The position numbers and the translations under genes were made by a program. Source: Octopus sinensis (lineage: Eukaryota). From it: a stretch of 64,000 nt of DNA. The stretch is taken from positions 7,440,001-7,504,000 of the forward strand of contig NC_043016.1 in the NCBI RefSeq assembly GCF_006345805.1, written 5' to 3'. Shown here one piece after another: positions 11,852 to 25,583 of the stretch (positions within the stretch are counted from its first letter, which is position 1; every line of letters starts with the position of its first letter). The notes under the pieces are model-generated. The model saw only the letters and a program-made list of their open reading frames with translations. It was not told where the DNA came from and ran no database searches.

Positions 11852-13418
11852 TTTAGGTTTAGGTTAGTGTTAGGTGTAAGAGTAAGGTTTAGGGCTAGGA
11901 TTAAGTGTTAAGAGTTAGGATTAGGTTTAGGGTTAGGTTTAGGTTAGGTTTAAGGTTAGGTGTTAGGGTTAGGTTTAAGGTCAGAGTTAGAGTTATGGTA
12001 AGGGCTACAGTTAGGGTTAGGGCTAAGGTTAGGATTGGGGTTAGAGTTAGTGATATGGTTATGGTTAGATTTAGGGTTAGGGTTAAGGTTATTGTTATGG
12101 TTAGGTTTAGAACTAGAGCTAGGGTTAGGGTTAGGATTAGGGTTAAGGTTAGGGTTAGGGTTAGTGTTAGGGTTAAGGTTATTGCCATGGTTTGGTTTAG
12201 GGCTAGAGCTAGTGTTAGGGTTAAGGTTAGGGTTAGGGTTAGATTTAGTGTTATGGTTAGGTTTAGGGTTAGCATTAGGGTTAGGGTTAAGGTTAGGGAT
12301 AAGTTTAGTGTTATGGTTACTGTTAGGTTTAAGGTTAGGGTTAGGGTTAAGGCTACTGTTATGGTTAGGTTTAGAGCTAGAGCTAGGGTTAGGGTTAGAG
12401 TTAAGCTTAGGGTTAGATTTAATGTTATGGTTATGGTTAGGTTTAGTGTTAGTGTTAGTGTTAAGGTTACTGTTATGGTTATGTTTAGTGCTAGGGCTAG
12501 AATTAGGGTAAGGGTTAATGTTAGGGTTAGGGTTAGAGTTAAAGTTAGAGTTAGATTTAGTGATATGGTTAAGGTTAGATTTAGGGTTAGGGTTAGGGTT
12601 AAGGTTATTGTTATGGTTATGTTTAGTGCTAGAGTTAGGGTTAGGTTTAGGGTTCGGGTTAAGTTTATTCTTATGGTTAGGTTTAAGGCTAGAGCTTGGG
12701 TTAGGGTTATTGTTATGGTTAGGTTTAGGACAAGAGTTAGGGTTAGTGTAGGGTTAGGGCTAAGGTTAGGGTTAGAGTTAAGGTTATTGTTAGGGTTAAG
12801 GTTATTGTTATGGTTAGGTTTAGGACTAGAGCTAGAGTTAGGGTTAGGGTTAAGGTTATTGTTAAGGTTAAGGTTTATGTTATGGTTAGGTTTAGGGCTA
12901 GAGCTTCGGTTATTGTTATGGTTAGTTTTAGGGCTAGAGTTTGGGTTAGGGTAGTGTTAGGGCTAAGGTTAGGGTTAAGGTTATTGTTATGGTTAGGTTT
13001 AGGAGTAAAGCTAGGGTTAGGGTTAGGGTTAAGGTTATTGTTATGGTTAGGTTTAGGGCTAGAGCTAGGGTTAGGGTAGGGCTAAGGTTGGGTTAGGGTT
13101 AGAGTTAAGGTTAGGGTTAGATTTAGTGTTTTCGGCATGGTTAGGTTTAGTGTTATGGTTAGGTTTAGGGTTAGGGTTATTGTTATGGTTAGGGCTAGGG
13201 TTAAAGTTAGTGGTAAGGTTAGAGTTAAGGTTAGGGTTATGGTGAGGTTTAAAGCTAGGATAGGGCTAGTGCTAGGGTGAGGGTTAGGGTTTGGTTTAGG
13301 GTTAGTGTTATAGTTAGGTTTAAGTTTAGGGTTAGGGTGAGTGTTAGGTTTAGGGTCAGGGTTAGTGTTAGGGTTAGGGTTAGTGTTAGGGTTAGGTTTA
13401 GGGTAAAGGTTATGGTTA
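11852..13418 (+). repeat. Degenerate interstitial telomere-like hexamer array (TTAGGG variants)
   Basis: About 1.57 kb in 6-nt register: TTAGGG, TTAAGG, TTAGGT, TTATGG, TTAGTG, CTAGAG, CTAGGG, TTATTG. Confidence 0.92.
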
Positions 13419-15332
13419 ATTTTCTGTCTTTTGCACTTTGTGTAAGTTTTTTACTCTGCTAATATATAAATATCTACATATTTTTATTTGAATATTGATT
13501 ATCTGAAAATTTTCTGTCTTTGCTTTCTTTCTATTTACCTGTATACATGTGTCTATATATTTTGTGTATCAAACCCAAGCAGATTTATTTATTTGCATAA
13601 TTGTCTCTATATACAGACACACACATATGCATAGAATATCAGTATTCACTTCTACACACATACATCTAAATACTTACAATGGGCTTCCTGCAATTTCTAA
13701 ATCCACTCATAAGGCATTGATCACCTTAGATGGTATATTTGAAGAAGATACTTACTCAAGGTGCCATATTGTAGGAATGAATCTGAAATCACATTGTTGG
13801 GAAGCAAACTTGCATAAAAATACTATACCTGAAAACAAGACTGGGTGATCAGAGCTGGAATATCTTTGATTATTGGTCTGTTCAATCAGAGTTGGTTTGA
13901 GGCTAAACAACAACAGCTAGTTTTATATAATATATGTAGTCATTTTAAAAGAGAGAAAAACAAACAAACAAAAGAAAACTAAGTTAAGAAAGATATATTG
14001 ATTTATTGAGTCTTGGACATTTTCCATTCCATTGTTAATTTCCTTAGAACATGTCTGTATCCCATAACTTTTAATTTGTTCATTTAAATAACAAGTAGAT
14101 TGGCAAAGAATGACTGCAAAGCTGGCTCTTTGTCTTCAGAAGAAATGACATCTTTAAAGATAGGCTAATCGACCTACCATAATTTACTTTTTCTGAAGAA
14201 CACGTGTGGAACTTTTTCTCTCTATCTCCTCCATCACTTTTCTTTCTTTTTTAAATTTCTTCTCTTTTCCATCTTTATAAAGGTACCATCTTGTCTGAAT
14301 CATTGATGTTTTTGTCCTTTTTCCAAACTGCTTATCACAGACTCAGTTCATTATTTATTTACCTTGTTTAAAGAGAGAGAGCAAGTTGCACCAATTCCAA
14401 GCAAGCTTCTGCTGGATTGTGAAATACTTTTACAAATTCATATATTTTCTATTATTTATTTATTTATTTTTTTTTGAAAAAAATATTATTAGAAATAGAT
14501 GAACCTGTTAACTTTAGTTTGGTTAACCCATTTGACATTCACCTGTTTGAAACTACTCCTGGTTCTATTATACAAACATTCCATTTTAAAGTGAGTTAAA
14601 TTAAAATCTTCCATTAAAATTCCATATTAATTTATGTTCCAAACACCAGTTTAATAATCACAAAGTTACAGTACTGATTTATTTATTTTCAGAATTAACT
14701 GAAATATACGACAACAAAAAAGTTAAAGAGTATTGGATTGGCAAAGTCAGAAGATTGTCGAAGTTTCCTGCTATATTTAGTCACAACTTTTATATTCAAA
14801 TGCCACCAAGTTTGGATTCATCTTTCCACTCTTCTAGGGTCCATAAATAAAGTACCTGTCAAATATTGGGGTCAGGATATCAACTATATTCATGACCCCC
14901 AAATTTATTACTAATGCTACCTTTTTCTAGAAACCAGTATTAGCTTTCATTTTATTGTTAAATGCTATTGGTATCTATATTCAGCTAGACTCACTGGCAT
15001 AATTAATGTCTTTACTAAGCTACTATAAACTGCTTATACATGTACAACATTGATTTCCAAGAGAAAGCTCTGGTTCCAGAGCTTTTCTAGATTATTGATT
15101 TTTTTTCCAAGCCAGGGGTGGTCACCTTGATCAACACACTCTGAATTAAACCAATATTAAATTTACTTAAGTAAATAAATGAAATACAGGTACCTGTACA
15201 TTAATATAATTGATACATCATCATCATTTAATGTCCATTGGCATGGGTTGGACGGCTTGACAAGGAGCTGTCTAGCAAGGAATTGTCCAGATTCCAATTG
15301 TCTGGACAGTGTTATATATATATATATATGGA

Positions 15333-15716
15333 ATATGGAAGCACTCCGTCAGTTACGACGATGAGGGTTCCGGTTGATCCGAATCAACGGAACAGCCTGC
15401 TCGTGAAATTAATGTGTAAGTGGCTGAGCACTCCACAGACACGTGCACCCTTTACGTAGTTCTCGAGGATATTCAGCGTGACACAGAGAGTGACAAGGCC
15501 GGCCCCTTGAAATACAGGTACAACAGAAACAGGAAGTAAGAGTGAGAGAAAGTTGTGGTGAAAGAGTACAGCAGGGATCACCATCATCCCTGCCGGAGCC
15601 TCGTGGAGCTTTAGGTGTCTTCGCTCAATAAACACTCACAACGCCCGGTTTGGGAATCGAAACCGCGATCCTATGACGCGAGTCCGCTGCCCTAACCACT
15701 GGGCCATTGCACCTCC
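15333..15716 (-). mobile_element. tRNA-derived SINE (body A, tail C)
   Basis: Minus head TGGAGGTGCAATGGCCCAGTGGTTAGGGC...TTTCGATTCC, body A, and a tail ending CCCTCATCGTCGTAACTGACGGAGTGCTTCC. Confidence 0.75.
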
Positions 15717-15724
15717 ATATATAT

Positions 15725-15800
<76 letters not shown>

Positions 15801-15855
15801 GTATATATATATATAATATATATATATGTTATATATATATATATATATATTATAT

Positions 15856-15897
<42 letters not shown>

Positions 15898-16460
15898 TAT
15901 ATATATATATATACGTATGTGTGTGTGTTTATTTATATATATATATAAACACACACATACACACACACACACATATATATATATAATATTGCCTCTCTCT
16001 CTCTATATATATATATAGAAAGAGAGGAGAGGCAAGGAGTTATCCTCCTTGGGAAACAACTCTGATTGTCTCTGCTCTGATCACTTTCTGCAAACTAGAC
16101 TTTCTGGATTTGTCCATGAACTTAAATTTCTCAAAAAACGAAAAAAAATGCAATTTTCATAATTAGCATGAAAAACTAAGTGTGTAGCAAAATTTTTTAA
16201 AAATTGGGCTGTGTGTTAAACAGACACTGTTTTTATCTTGAGGTACCCCATCCATATGGAGCTGACTCATAAAGGAATTCCATATTATCCACAATATTAA
16301 CAAAAATTGAAATGCTCTTATTGTTCTTCCTGTTTAACATAGCATTTTCTGCACTATTTGCTTTTGTGTTCCTGCTTACACACTTGTAATTTTGTTTAAC
16401 CCATTTACTACCATACTTCTTTAAGAATACATTAGCTTTAGTAAATTAACATTGTCATTA

Positions 16461-16677
16461 TTAACCCTTTAGTATTTAAACCGGCCATATCTGGCCAAAA
16501 TAGCTAATCTGTTTTATGTTCAAACTAACCAGATCCAGGCTCTCACACCTACCCTACAATGTTATTCTACATTAAGTAATTACACCATCAAGATCTTGAA
16601 GATATGAGATAATACATGATTAATTCAAATCAATAGGCATTATGTTTGATTGAATAACCTGAACACTAAAGGGTTAA
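16461..16677. mobile_element. piggyBac-like MITE
   Basis: TTAA-CCCTTTAGT ... ACTAAAGGG-TTAA (TTAA target duplication, CCC termini). A related internal fragment lies at about 5480-5610. Confidence 0.75.
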
Positions 16678-16928
16678 GCTGATGTTTGGAATATAAATTT
16701 AAAAATTTTGCTGAAAAGTTTGAATTTAGATCACTTTAAAACAGGAACTTTGTATCATAGAATCTGGGACAGTCTTGGGTTTGTTTGTCTCAGTTGTGTT
16801 TTGTAAATCTGTTTCATGTCAGCAAGTTCTTGGGCTAGTGTTAAAATTTGTTTTGCCAGTGATACCACCATTGTGGCTCATACTTCTCCTTCCAGTTATT
16901 CATGCAATCATTTTGAAATAAAAAAAAA

Positions 16929-17338
16929 GGATCTTTTCGGTTTGAACGGCAGTTTTTTCTAGCGGTGTCATATGAAATTGTCACCCATAATTGTGATCTA
17001 GTATCAATCTATTGCATTTCAATCTGTTTTAGGGTTAGGGGTGGGGGGAAGGGTATCTTTTTTTCTTCAGATATGTAAATAAACCCAATCTGTTTCTTAA
17101 CGAGGGACATATTCATGCGGCACAGAATATCTTCACCTCAATAGACGTCATTGATTGGTTGAAATTGCAGAAATTGAAGAAAAAAAAACAACAAATATCT
17201 TACAAACCATAGAATTTTCTCAATAAGGCCAAGAGAAAATGATGTTTTATAAACACATTCTACCAGTATACGAAGTTTAAAAGTGTTTAGTTACGTGGAA
17301 ATTATTTTAAAAACTGCCGGTCAAACCGAAAAGATCCC
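16929..17338. mobile_element. MITE with 28-bp terminal inverted repeats
   Basis: GGATCTTTTCGGTTTGAACGGCAGTTTT ... AAAACTGCCGGTCAAACCGAAAAGATCC; no ORF. Confidence 0.75.
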
Positions 17339-19601
17339 CAAAAAGTTATAAAGGCCATTTGGTAGAAATATATGCAGTCAAAGAACAATATGATGTCAAG
17401 CCTTAAATAAGTCAAAGACCTCTTATGTTGTTAATCCTTTCCTTCAGGTCAATCTTGGATTATATCTATTCAAGGACTTTTAAATGTGTGATTCTGCATC
17501 AAACAACAATGTCAGCATCAGCAACACCATCAACGACAGTAACTGTAACAACAATACTTTCTCTATTGCTATCAAAGATCCATTCATATATACAACAGGG
17601 AGAAAATGTAGACATAGAATTTCAAATGCATATGGACAAAACAAACCTACTACACTTACATCATAACTTACTCATTGTTACATAACCAACTCTCCAATGG
17701 TGGAATATTAATAGCAGACCTCAATATGAAATCCATCTATTTTCTTTGCAAGTTTGTGTGTGTAAAAAGACAGGATCTTTCAACTAAGTAATGATTTCAA
17801 CAAAAATCTGGCCAATCAAATTATTCAATACGCACTGAATTTTCAAGCAATGATGTCACCACAGATCTGTCCTGTCAGATTTGTTTTGGGACTCAACAGA
17901 CCAGATCTAAAACCAGAAGGTAGAAAGCTTGGCTGGTAATCTGAATGTCAGGGACTCAATGATATGTGCACTGGAGTGTGCAAATTCTTGGTCTTGACAA
18001 TTTCCACAATTACGGCTGTCAAAATGCCAGGTTGTAAAAAAAAAATGTCAACATTAAAACTACCATGCACAGACTAGTTTCACATACATTTCTAGTTTCT
18101 TTCTGAGAACACAATTTTTACTATGGACACTATTTTTCAATGTCACTTTGCTTTCTTTCCTTGGAATGGTAGCATCCTTTGTTAATTGTCAACAATAAAC
18201 AGATGAATTACATCTGAAGCCTACTTTACACATTCACCTATTACTGCATTCTTTAATATTAAGACTCTTTCATTGGTATTCATTTCCAAAATGTCACTCT
18301 TGAAAAAAATCACTGTTCAAGTAGACTGTATGTAAACATGTGCATCCATAGCAAACAACAACAGCAAGAAGAGCAACAAAACAACAACACTAGCAATGAG
18401 ACAATAACATTTTCTTTATTTGTCATCAAAGATCCATTCAAACATACAACAGAAAAAAATGTAGACTTAGGGTTTCAAATGTGTAAGAATGGACAAATAA
18501 AAGTTATAAAAGCAAGTGGAGGCTTAAAGACATTATACAATGAACATTAAAAATTTTGATATAATTTAAAGAAAACAAAATAATATAATTCCATGTTTTT
18601 AAAACATCACATAAATAAAACATGAAACATAAATGAGGTAACTGCATATCTGTAGAGGGACAAGAACCCATCAACTAGGTCAGTTAAGAGCAACCCATGA
18701 TTTTACCTTAGTGCCACTTGTTACAGCAATAAATGATTACAGCTGTACTTAAATGCACATTTCTTGTCTTTTGAGCCCTTGAGGAAACATCTGTTTACAG
18801 ACCTCTAATATGGTTTTCACTAAAATATATTCTTTGAGGGATCATGGTCCTTGTACGCCATCTCATACTCATTCAAATTATTTGTTGCTGAAGGGGATGA
18901 TAATCTCCAGCTCAAACATTAGATTTAATATTTTATAATTATTTTCCAAGATAACTGTGAATGAGTCCAATGCCATGGACAAGGTTCCACTTCTAGTGTC
19001 ATAGCTTCCTCTTCAAAGATTGCAAAGTTTTCTTCAAATGTCCTAGACACCTTTTGGTTGAAACGTTTTTTTGTTTTGTTACATCTGTGTTGATCTGCCA
19101 GTCTTCACAAACCTTCATCTGTTTTCCTTTCTTTTGCAGGGATCAGGTAGTGTCACCGGAAGAATAGATTTTTGGCATCATTCATTTTTGATTCTGAAGA
19201 CAAGGTGATCTCCTCTACTATTTCCAGATCTTTGACTGGTGGTACTGTTGGAACAGCGGCTTCCAGAACCTGCTGTTGTTACTGTTTGCCAACTCTGTCT
19301 TTTTCTTTCACTTCCCAACTTTGTGGCATAAAAAATCCTCAAACTGACCAGCTGGTCTGTCAGTCCTGTACTGCCGCTCATTTTGTTTCTGAACCAACAA
19401 CAACACAGCTCTTGTATGACCTGGTAGTTATTGAGATTCAAAGATTTATGCAAATCCATGTTGGACCATCTCAACTACATATAATTTTCCACCACCGCTG
19501 CACTTATCACCCTTTAAAAAGGGGCAATGATTCAGAGATCAACATTACTGATAAGACCAGATTGTTAAATTATAGGCTTCCACTCAGTTTCTATATGCAC
19601 A

Positions 19602-20591
19602 TGTAGGACATTATATATATACGACCGTACGTAAGGAGGTTAGTGGCAAGGTCTCCTCTTGTACGCTGCATGATCGCATCCTAACATAATAATAAGAGAA
19701 GCCATAATACATGTATATATTATACAGTGCCAAAGGAAATGAATGAAGGACGACAAGCCATTCTATTGTTTGAGAGAGAAGATAGATTTTATTCACAGTG
19801 TACAAAGTGAGTTGTGATTACTAGCGTAGTGTTGTGGTATGAATGCATGCGTATAGTATTTGTGTCTGTGTGCTCGTGTGTGTGACAGAAGGTACAGATA
19901 AAGGTGCATGCGAATACAACAGAAATACAGAGCATAAGAGAAGTCTCAGCATATTGAGTTATTATAGAGTTAGTTACCAGTTCATGTGGTACACGACAAT
20001 AAGTTCTATAACAAGATTTGAGTCTCGGAGCAAAGATTAGTTGAGTCACTTGTTGTGCAGATTTCTCTTGATATAGATGTTCTTTCAGATATATACTGCA
20101 ACTGTTTTTCCGTGTTGAAAGTTTCACACAAACAGCGTGAGTTGAATCTGTGTATTTGTGTTGTTGTGTACAAGTTGAAATCGACGGAGATGGAGATGAC
20201 GTTGGTGATGACGTTCTGTCTGTCGCTGGTATACAATAATGTCTTCATAGTATGGTTGGCTAGCTGTCATCTGTCGTTTGAACTGGAATATGGCTGAGTA
20301 GCTCTGTAGTCTCCGACTAGACCTTAGAAGGTCTAAAGCCGAAAGACGATGAAGTGGAAATTCTAGCTTATTTAAGGAGTGAAGATGGCTCAATTGAAAG
20401 ATCCTATCTGAAAGCCGTGATTGGTCAGTTTACACACTGGCGCGAAATAAGTAGAGAGACAGACTGCACTAGATGTTAATCAATCAGATCAGTGGACACA
20501 ACGGGGTTAAACTAGCCAAAGATGGTTGTAATCTCAAACGAGATCATTCCTAATGTTCTTCTCAAACAGTGAGGATAGCAATATTGCTACA
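19602..20591 (-). mobile_element. Probable solo LTR (990 bp)
   Basis: Termini TGTAG...CTACA; 4-bp duplication CACA (19598-19601, 20592-20595); minus-strand AATAAA at 19788-19793; no ORF. Confidence 0.6.
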
Positions 20592-20789
20592 CACAATTTC
20601 GTTTGCTAGGTTAACTGGAAGAACAGTAAAAGATATTTGTCATGGATGACACACAAGATCAAACTCAAGACTGCATGATTGTTGAGTGAAGTTTTCTATT
20701 ACTCAGGCATACATCCACTGCTATTTTCTCTATGCTGCACATATTTGTAAGTCTTGGAGTCTGAATATGAATCTGTCCATTTATTTTTA

Positions 20790-21030
20790 ATCTAATTGCA
20801 AGACACCTTTCTATAGTAGATGCTATTTCTGTTTTCTTTTGCCACATGCTGGTTACCTCAATTAACATTTTTATTTTTGGATAATTTTCTTTGACAGATA
20901 CAATATCAACTGCTGAGATTGATACTTCGATTAAATGGCATTTCCTTTCCTGACTTGGCTGTCCTTGACAACAATATCTAGTGGATTAGCCTCAATTTCC
21001 ATGTCTGTGTGGATTGGCACATCCAAGAGT
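20790..21030 (-). mobile_element. R4/NeSL-type non-LTR fragment (restriction-like endonuclease region)
   Basis: Minus translation ILLDVPIHTDMEIEANPLDIVVKD resembles the RLE motif ILWD..IQTD..I.ANRPDIVV.D; degenerate. Confidence 0.6.
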
Positions 21031-22088
21031 ATGATTAATTTTCATCTGGTCTGTTATTATGGCTATCCTTTATTTTGTCCTAATAGTGTTCGTTGTTTTT
21101 AAAATGTTCATACTTTGTTAAAACTCCTGAAAAGCTAGCTCACATCATTGTTTTCATCACCAACCACTGATTTTATGAAATCAATTTACAACAATAACAT
21201 TTAAAAATAAATAGATCTGTTGCTGCAAGTAATTAGATTCATTGCTGTAAGTTTAGTGATTTAAATACCACATCAAATACTGCTATAGTTGTAATCTTGT
21301 TGTTTAATCCCTGCTGTGATCATTATGTATAGTTGTATACATAGGTTTAGATTTACATTATCTAAAGTGACCTTCCTTTTTTTAAGAGGTAATGAGTGAG
21401 ATTTAAAGGGGACTGTTAGTTTTAACATCTGACATGAGGAATCACTGACATAGTGGTTCCCTCATTGGCTCATATTATTTTGCTGTTAGTCTTGTTGTTG
21501 GTGATGTTTTCATTTCCTTAAACATTATTATTATTAGCAGTCATGGGCAAACTGTGGTTTGAAGGACTTCCTGAATAGCACACCTAACAAAAGATACCTT
21601 GAAATTTTTTGCTACTGCAGCCTGCCTCTTGATAGCCTCAACTGGCCTCCTTCTCAAAAAAGTTGTCCATGCCTGGTATAGAGGTTCCTCCAGCCCTGTA
21701 CCTTTTCATTTACATACCTTTTTGACCTAATAAAATCATTTCTCCTATAGAATTTACCTTACTACCTACAAATGCCAAGATCTTTTAACATTAGGGAATA
21801 TGCCATGCAGGTATAATGAAATTACAAATATGGAAGGGAACACAAAAATGATTAAAAATGCAATTGTATATAATTAACCTAATTATCAAGCCTGGCTGTG
21901 CTTAAGAAAATTGCTTCACAACTACATAACTTTGGGTTCTGTCTCATGGCTTGGCATCTTGGGGAAGTATTTTCTACAATAATTCCAGACAGACCAATGC
22001 CTTCTGGGTGAATTTGGTAGACAAAAATCATATGGAATCCTGGCACGTGAATGTGTGTGTGTGTGTATATGTATGTATATACATATAT

Positions 22089-22935
22089 ACAGGGAGCGGT
22101 AGGTAAATTTTTGCCATTTTATATTTCTAATTTAGTGTACATGCATTGTTTGTTTTTGATTTTGTCAACTACATAGTATAGTAGGGTCAGTTGGGAACCA
22201 TCTGTAAGAAAAACAGCAGCATGACACAATTCACTCTGCCAGAAATTTGGAAATGACATGCTGTATTGCTTGGCATTTGCGCTGGAAGCTCCAATATGAA
22301 CATCTCAGAGTGTTTAGGTGTCAATCTAAGGACATGTACCGAGAATGATGAAAATCAAGCATCCAGTCAACACCATAGTGTTTGAAGTGATCACTGGTGA
22401 TGGTGACATTATGCATCCATTTATCTTCTCACTCATCACTGAGGCCTACATCAAGTGCTTGGAGGATGTAGTGTTGCCCTGGGTCAAGAGGGTGGCTGCT
22501 GGAAGACTATGTCTGGCAGCAGGACTCTGCACCATGCCACACAAGCAGGAGAACCCAGTCATGGATATCAGAAAATTTTTGTGAATACATCACCCTTAAC
22601 ATCTGGCCACCTAACTCCACAGACTGCAACCCACTTGATTATTATGTGTGGGGCGCAGTTGAGTAAAAGACCAAAACTTCTTGTAATACTAAAGATGGAC
22701 AGATGACAAGGAGGAAGCATTCACCAACTTAAACAAGGAGACTGTCCAGAAGAGTTGCAGGAAATTTTGAAGTCACCTGGATGTTGTGGTTGAAGCCAAT
22801 GGCAATTTTATTGAATAAATTTACTTGTTAGTCCTTCAAGATACTTTTATGTAATTTTGGTAAATATATCTGTTGAAATGAGATGTCAGTGTTATTTTCA
22901 TCTCTATAGTTTAGATGGCAGTTTATTCACTGCAT

Positions 22936-22936
<1 letters not shown>
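22089..22936 (+). mobile_element. Tc1/mariner (maT/DD37D-like) remnant
   Basis: KHPVNTIVFEVITGDGDIMHPFIF..EAYIKCLEDVVLPWVKRVAAGR, then frameshifted WQQDSAPCH-like and WPPNSTDCNPLDY segments; weak TIRs. Confidence 0.8.
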
Positions 22937-23008
<72 letters not shown>

Positions 23009-23021
23009 TATATATATACAC

Positions 23022-23068
<47 letters not shown>

Positions 23069-23088
23069 CATATATATATATAATATAC

Positions 23089-23123
<35 letters not shown>

Positions 23124-23146
23124 CTATATATATATATATACATACA

Positions 23147-23178
<32 letters not shown>

Positions 23179-23219
23179 CATATATATATATACATATATA
23201 TATATACATATATATATAC

Positions 23220-23268
<49 letters not shown>

Positions 23269-23500
23269 CAGTACATAGGCCAAACAAAAATGGTTGCGTA
23301 AACGAATGGCCCTGCACAGATCCCAAATAAAAATTCCCAAACAGAAAAATAGCTTTTAGCCAACACATAGATACTTGCGCCAACAAAAAAACACCAAACT
23401 TCAGAATTTTCCCCCTCTACCAATTTAGGGACGATACAACCTCAAGACAACGAATAAGTAAGAAAATCTCTTTATTATAAAATACAGGCCACTTCTTAAC
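23269..23500 (+). mobile_element. Penelope-like element GIY-YIG fragment
   Basis: Across frameshifts: [58 protein letters not shown] (YIGQT and FI.KY.P.LN hallmarks). Confidence 0.8.
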
Positions 23501-24052
23501 GGGTCTACGACAAACAATTAATATACCTCAACTTAAGAATAAAAGAAATATATATACACACACAAATATTACATTCCATAGAATCCATTACTAATTGCCC
23601 CATCACAACTATATCTTCACCCATTCATATTCTCCCTTCTCTGTTTTTTTTCTTCTTCTTCATCATCATCATTATCATCATCATCGTCGTCATCGTCATC
23701 ACCACCATCATCATCGTTATCTTCTCCTTCTCCTTCTTCTTCTTCATCGTCATCATCATCGGCACCGTCATCTTCTTCTTCTTCTTCTTCTACTTCTCCA
23801 CCCCTTAACCTTGTTACTAATGTCTTTAAGTATAACGCCTACGCAGCGACTGCCGGTCGCCACTGACCAGCCCAGATTTTCCCACTCCCACCCCCTCAAG
23901 AACTCACAACGACCTCGAATACACAAGTGCAAACAAGGGAGTCAGAGAAAGGCAGAATGCCACCTATATCTGAACACTACTATGGAAGTATTCCTTTAAA
24001 AAAACCTTTCTTCTAATTTTTCTAAATTTTCTAAATTTAATTATTTAATCGT

Positions 24053-24094
24053 TACAGTTGAAAAGGTCTCAAAATGACCGGAACCGGTACTGAA
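24053..24094 (+). ncRNA. Decayed minimal hammerhead in the 3' region of the Penelope remnant
   Basis: TACAG-TTGAAAA-GGTC-tcaaaat-GACC-GGAA-CCGG-TA-CTGAA. Helices present; palindromic stem III ACCGGT; core has three substitutions from CTGANGA/GAAA. Confidence 0.55.
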
Positions 24095-24139
24095 AGATTC
24101 ACTATAAAATCATCTTAGCATTTTCTATTTTTGACTTGT

Positions 24140-24145
24140 TTTTTC

Positions 24146-24188
<43 letters not shown>

Positions 24189-24329
24189 ATATAACATATA
24201 TATACATACATATATATATATACATACATATATATATTATACATACATATATACATACATATTATATATATATATATACATACATATATATACATATATA
24301 TTATATACATATATATACATATATATTAC

Positions 24330-24368
<39 letters not shown>

Positions 24369-24394
24369 CAACATATATATACATACATATATAT

Positions 24395-24427
<33 letters not shown>

Positions 24428-24963
24428 ACATACATATATATAATACATATATATATATATATATATATATAGACATATATATATATATTACATATATATA
24501 TATAACATATATATATATATTACATATATATATATATACATATATATATATACATATATATATATACAATATATATATACATATACATATATATATATAA
24601 TATATATACATATACATATATACATATATACATATACATATATATATACATATATATATATACATATATATATATATAATATACATATATATATATATAT
24701 ATATATACATATATAATATACATATATATATATATATATGTGTATATATATATATATGTGTATATATATATATTGTATATATATGTATATATATTGTATA
24801 TATATATATATAGACATATATATATATTACATATATATATATATATATAACATATATATATACATATATATACTATATATATATACACATATATATATAT
24901 ACACATATATATATATATACACATATATATATATATACATATATATATATACATATATAACAC

Positions 24964-24998
<35 letters not shown>

Positions 24999-25074
24999 CA
25001 TATATATACACATATATATATATATATACACATATATATATTACATATATATATATATACATATATATATATAC

Positions 25075-25110
<36 letters not shown>

Positions 25111-25211
25111 TATATACATATATATATATATATATATACACATATATAGATATATATATACATATACATATATATACATATATACATATATATACATATA
25201 TATATATATAG

Positions 25212-25242
<31 letters not shown>

Positions 25243-25310
25243 CATATATACATATATATATACATATATACATATATATTACATATATACATATATATAT
25301 ACATATATAT

Positions 25311-25360
<50 letters not shown>
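24140..25360. repeat. About 1.2-kb (TA)n/(TACA)n compound microsatellite
   Basis: Directly visible. Similar arrays at 1420-1742, 3320-3485, 4560-5070, 8460-8680, 11640-11820, 15715-16020, 22937-23270, 31090-31310, 31950-32280, 42030-42700 and 43340-43480. Confidence 0.95.
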
Positions 25361-25365
<5 letters not shown>

Positions 25366-25583
25366 TCAATATAGGGTGGCAAAAAATTTTGTAGAATTTT
25401 TTTGCCACCAGCGGCCTAGTGGGAAAAAATTAAATAGTCATAGACCATTTTTAAGTTCAACATCACAATCAAGGAACGGCCATAATAGGCCATTCACCAC
25501 TAGAAATAACAGCCAAAAGCTTCAACCGCAAAATAACATCAATTCCGTAAACCAGGAGAAAATTAAAAAACATTACCCTGTAA

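Noticed and set aside
11901-13462. 349-aa RV-repeat ORF and related GL/LT ORFs
   Set aside because: Two of the three frames of TTAGGG are stop-free by construction, so ORF length is not evidence of coding.
18700-19600. Long minus-strand reading stretches as a host gene or a named transposase
   Set aside because: Multiple in-frame stops, no clear splice sites and no motif I can assign with confidence.
23595-23999. His/Leu-rich 134-aa ORF
   Set aside because: It is a (CAT)n/(CTT)n microsatellite inside a Penelope remnant.
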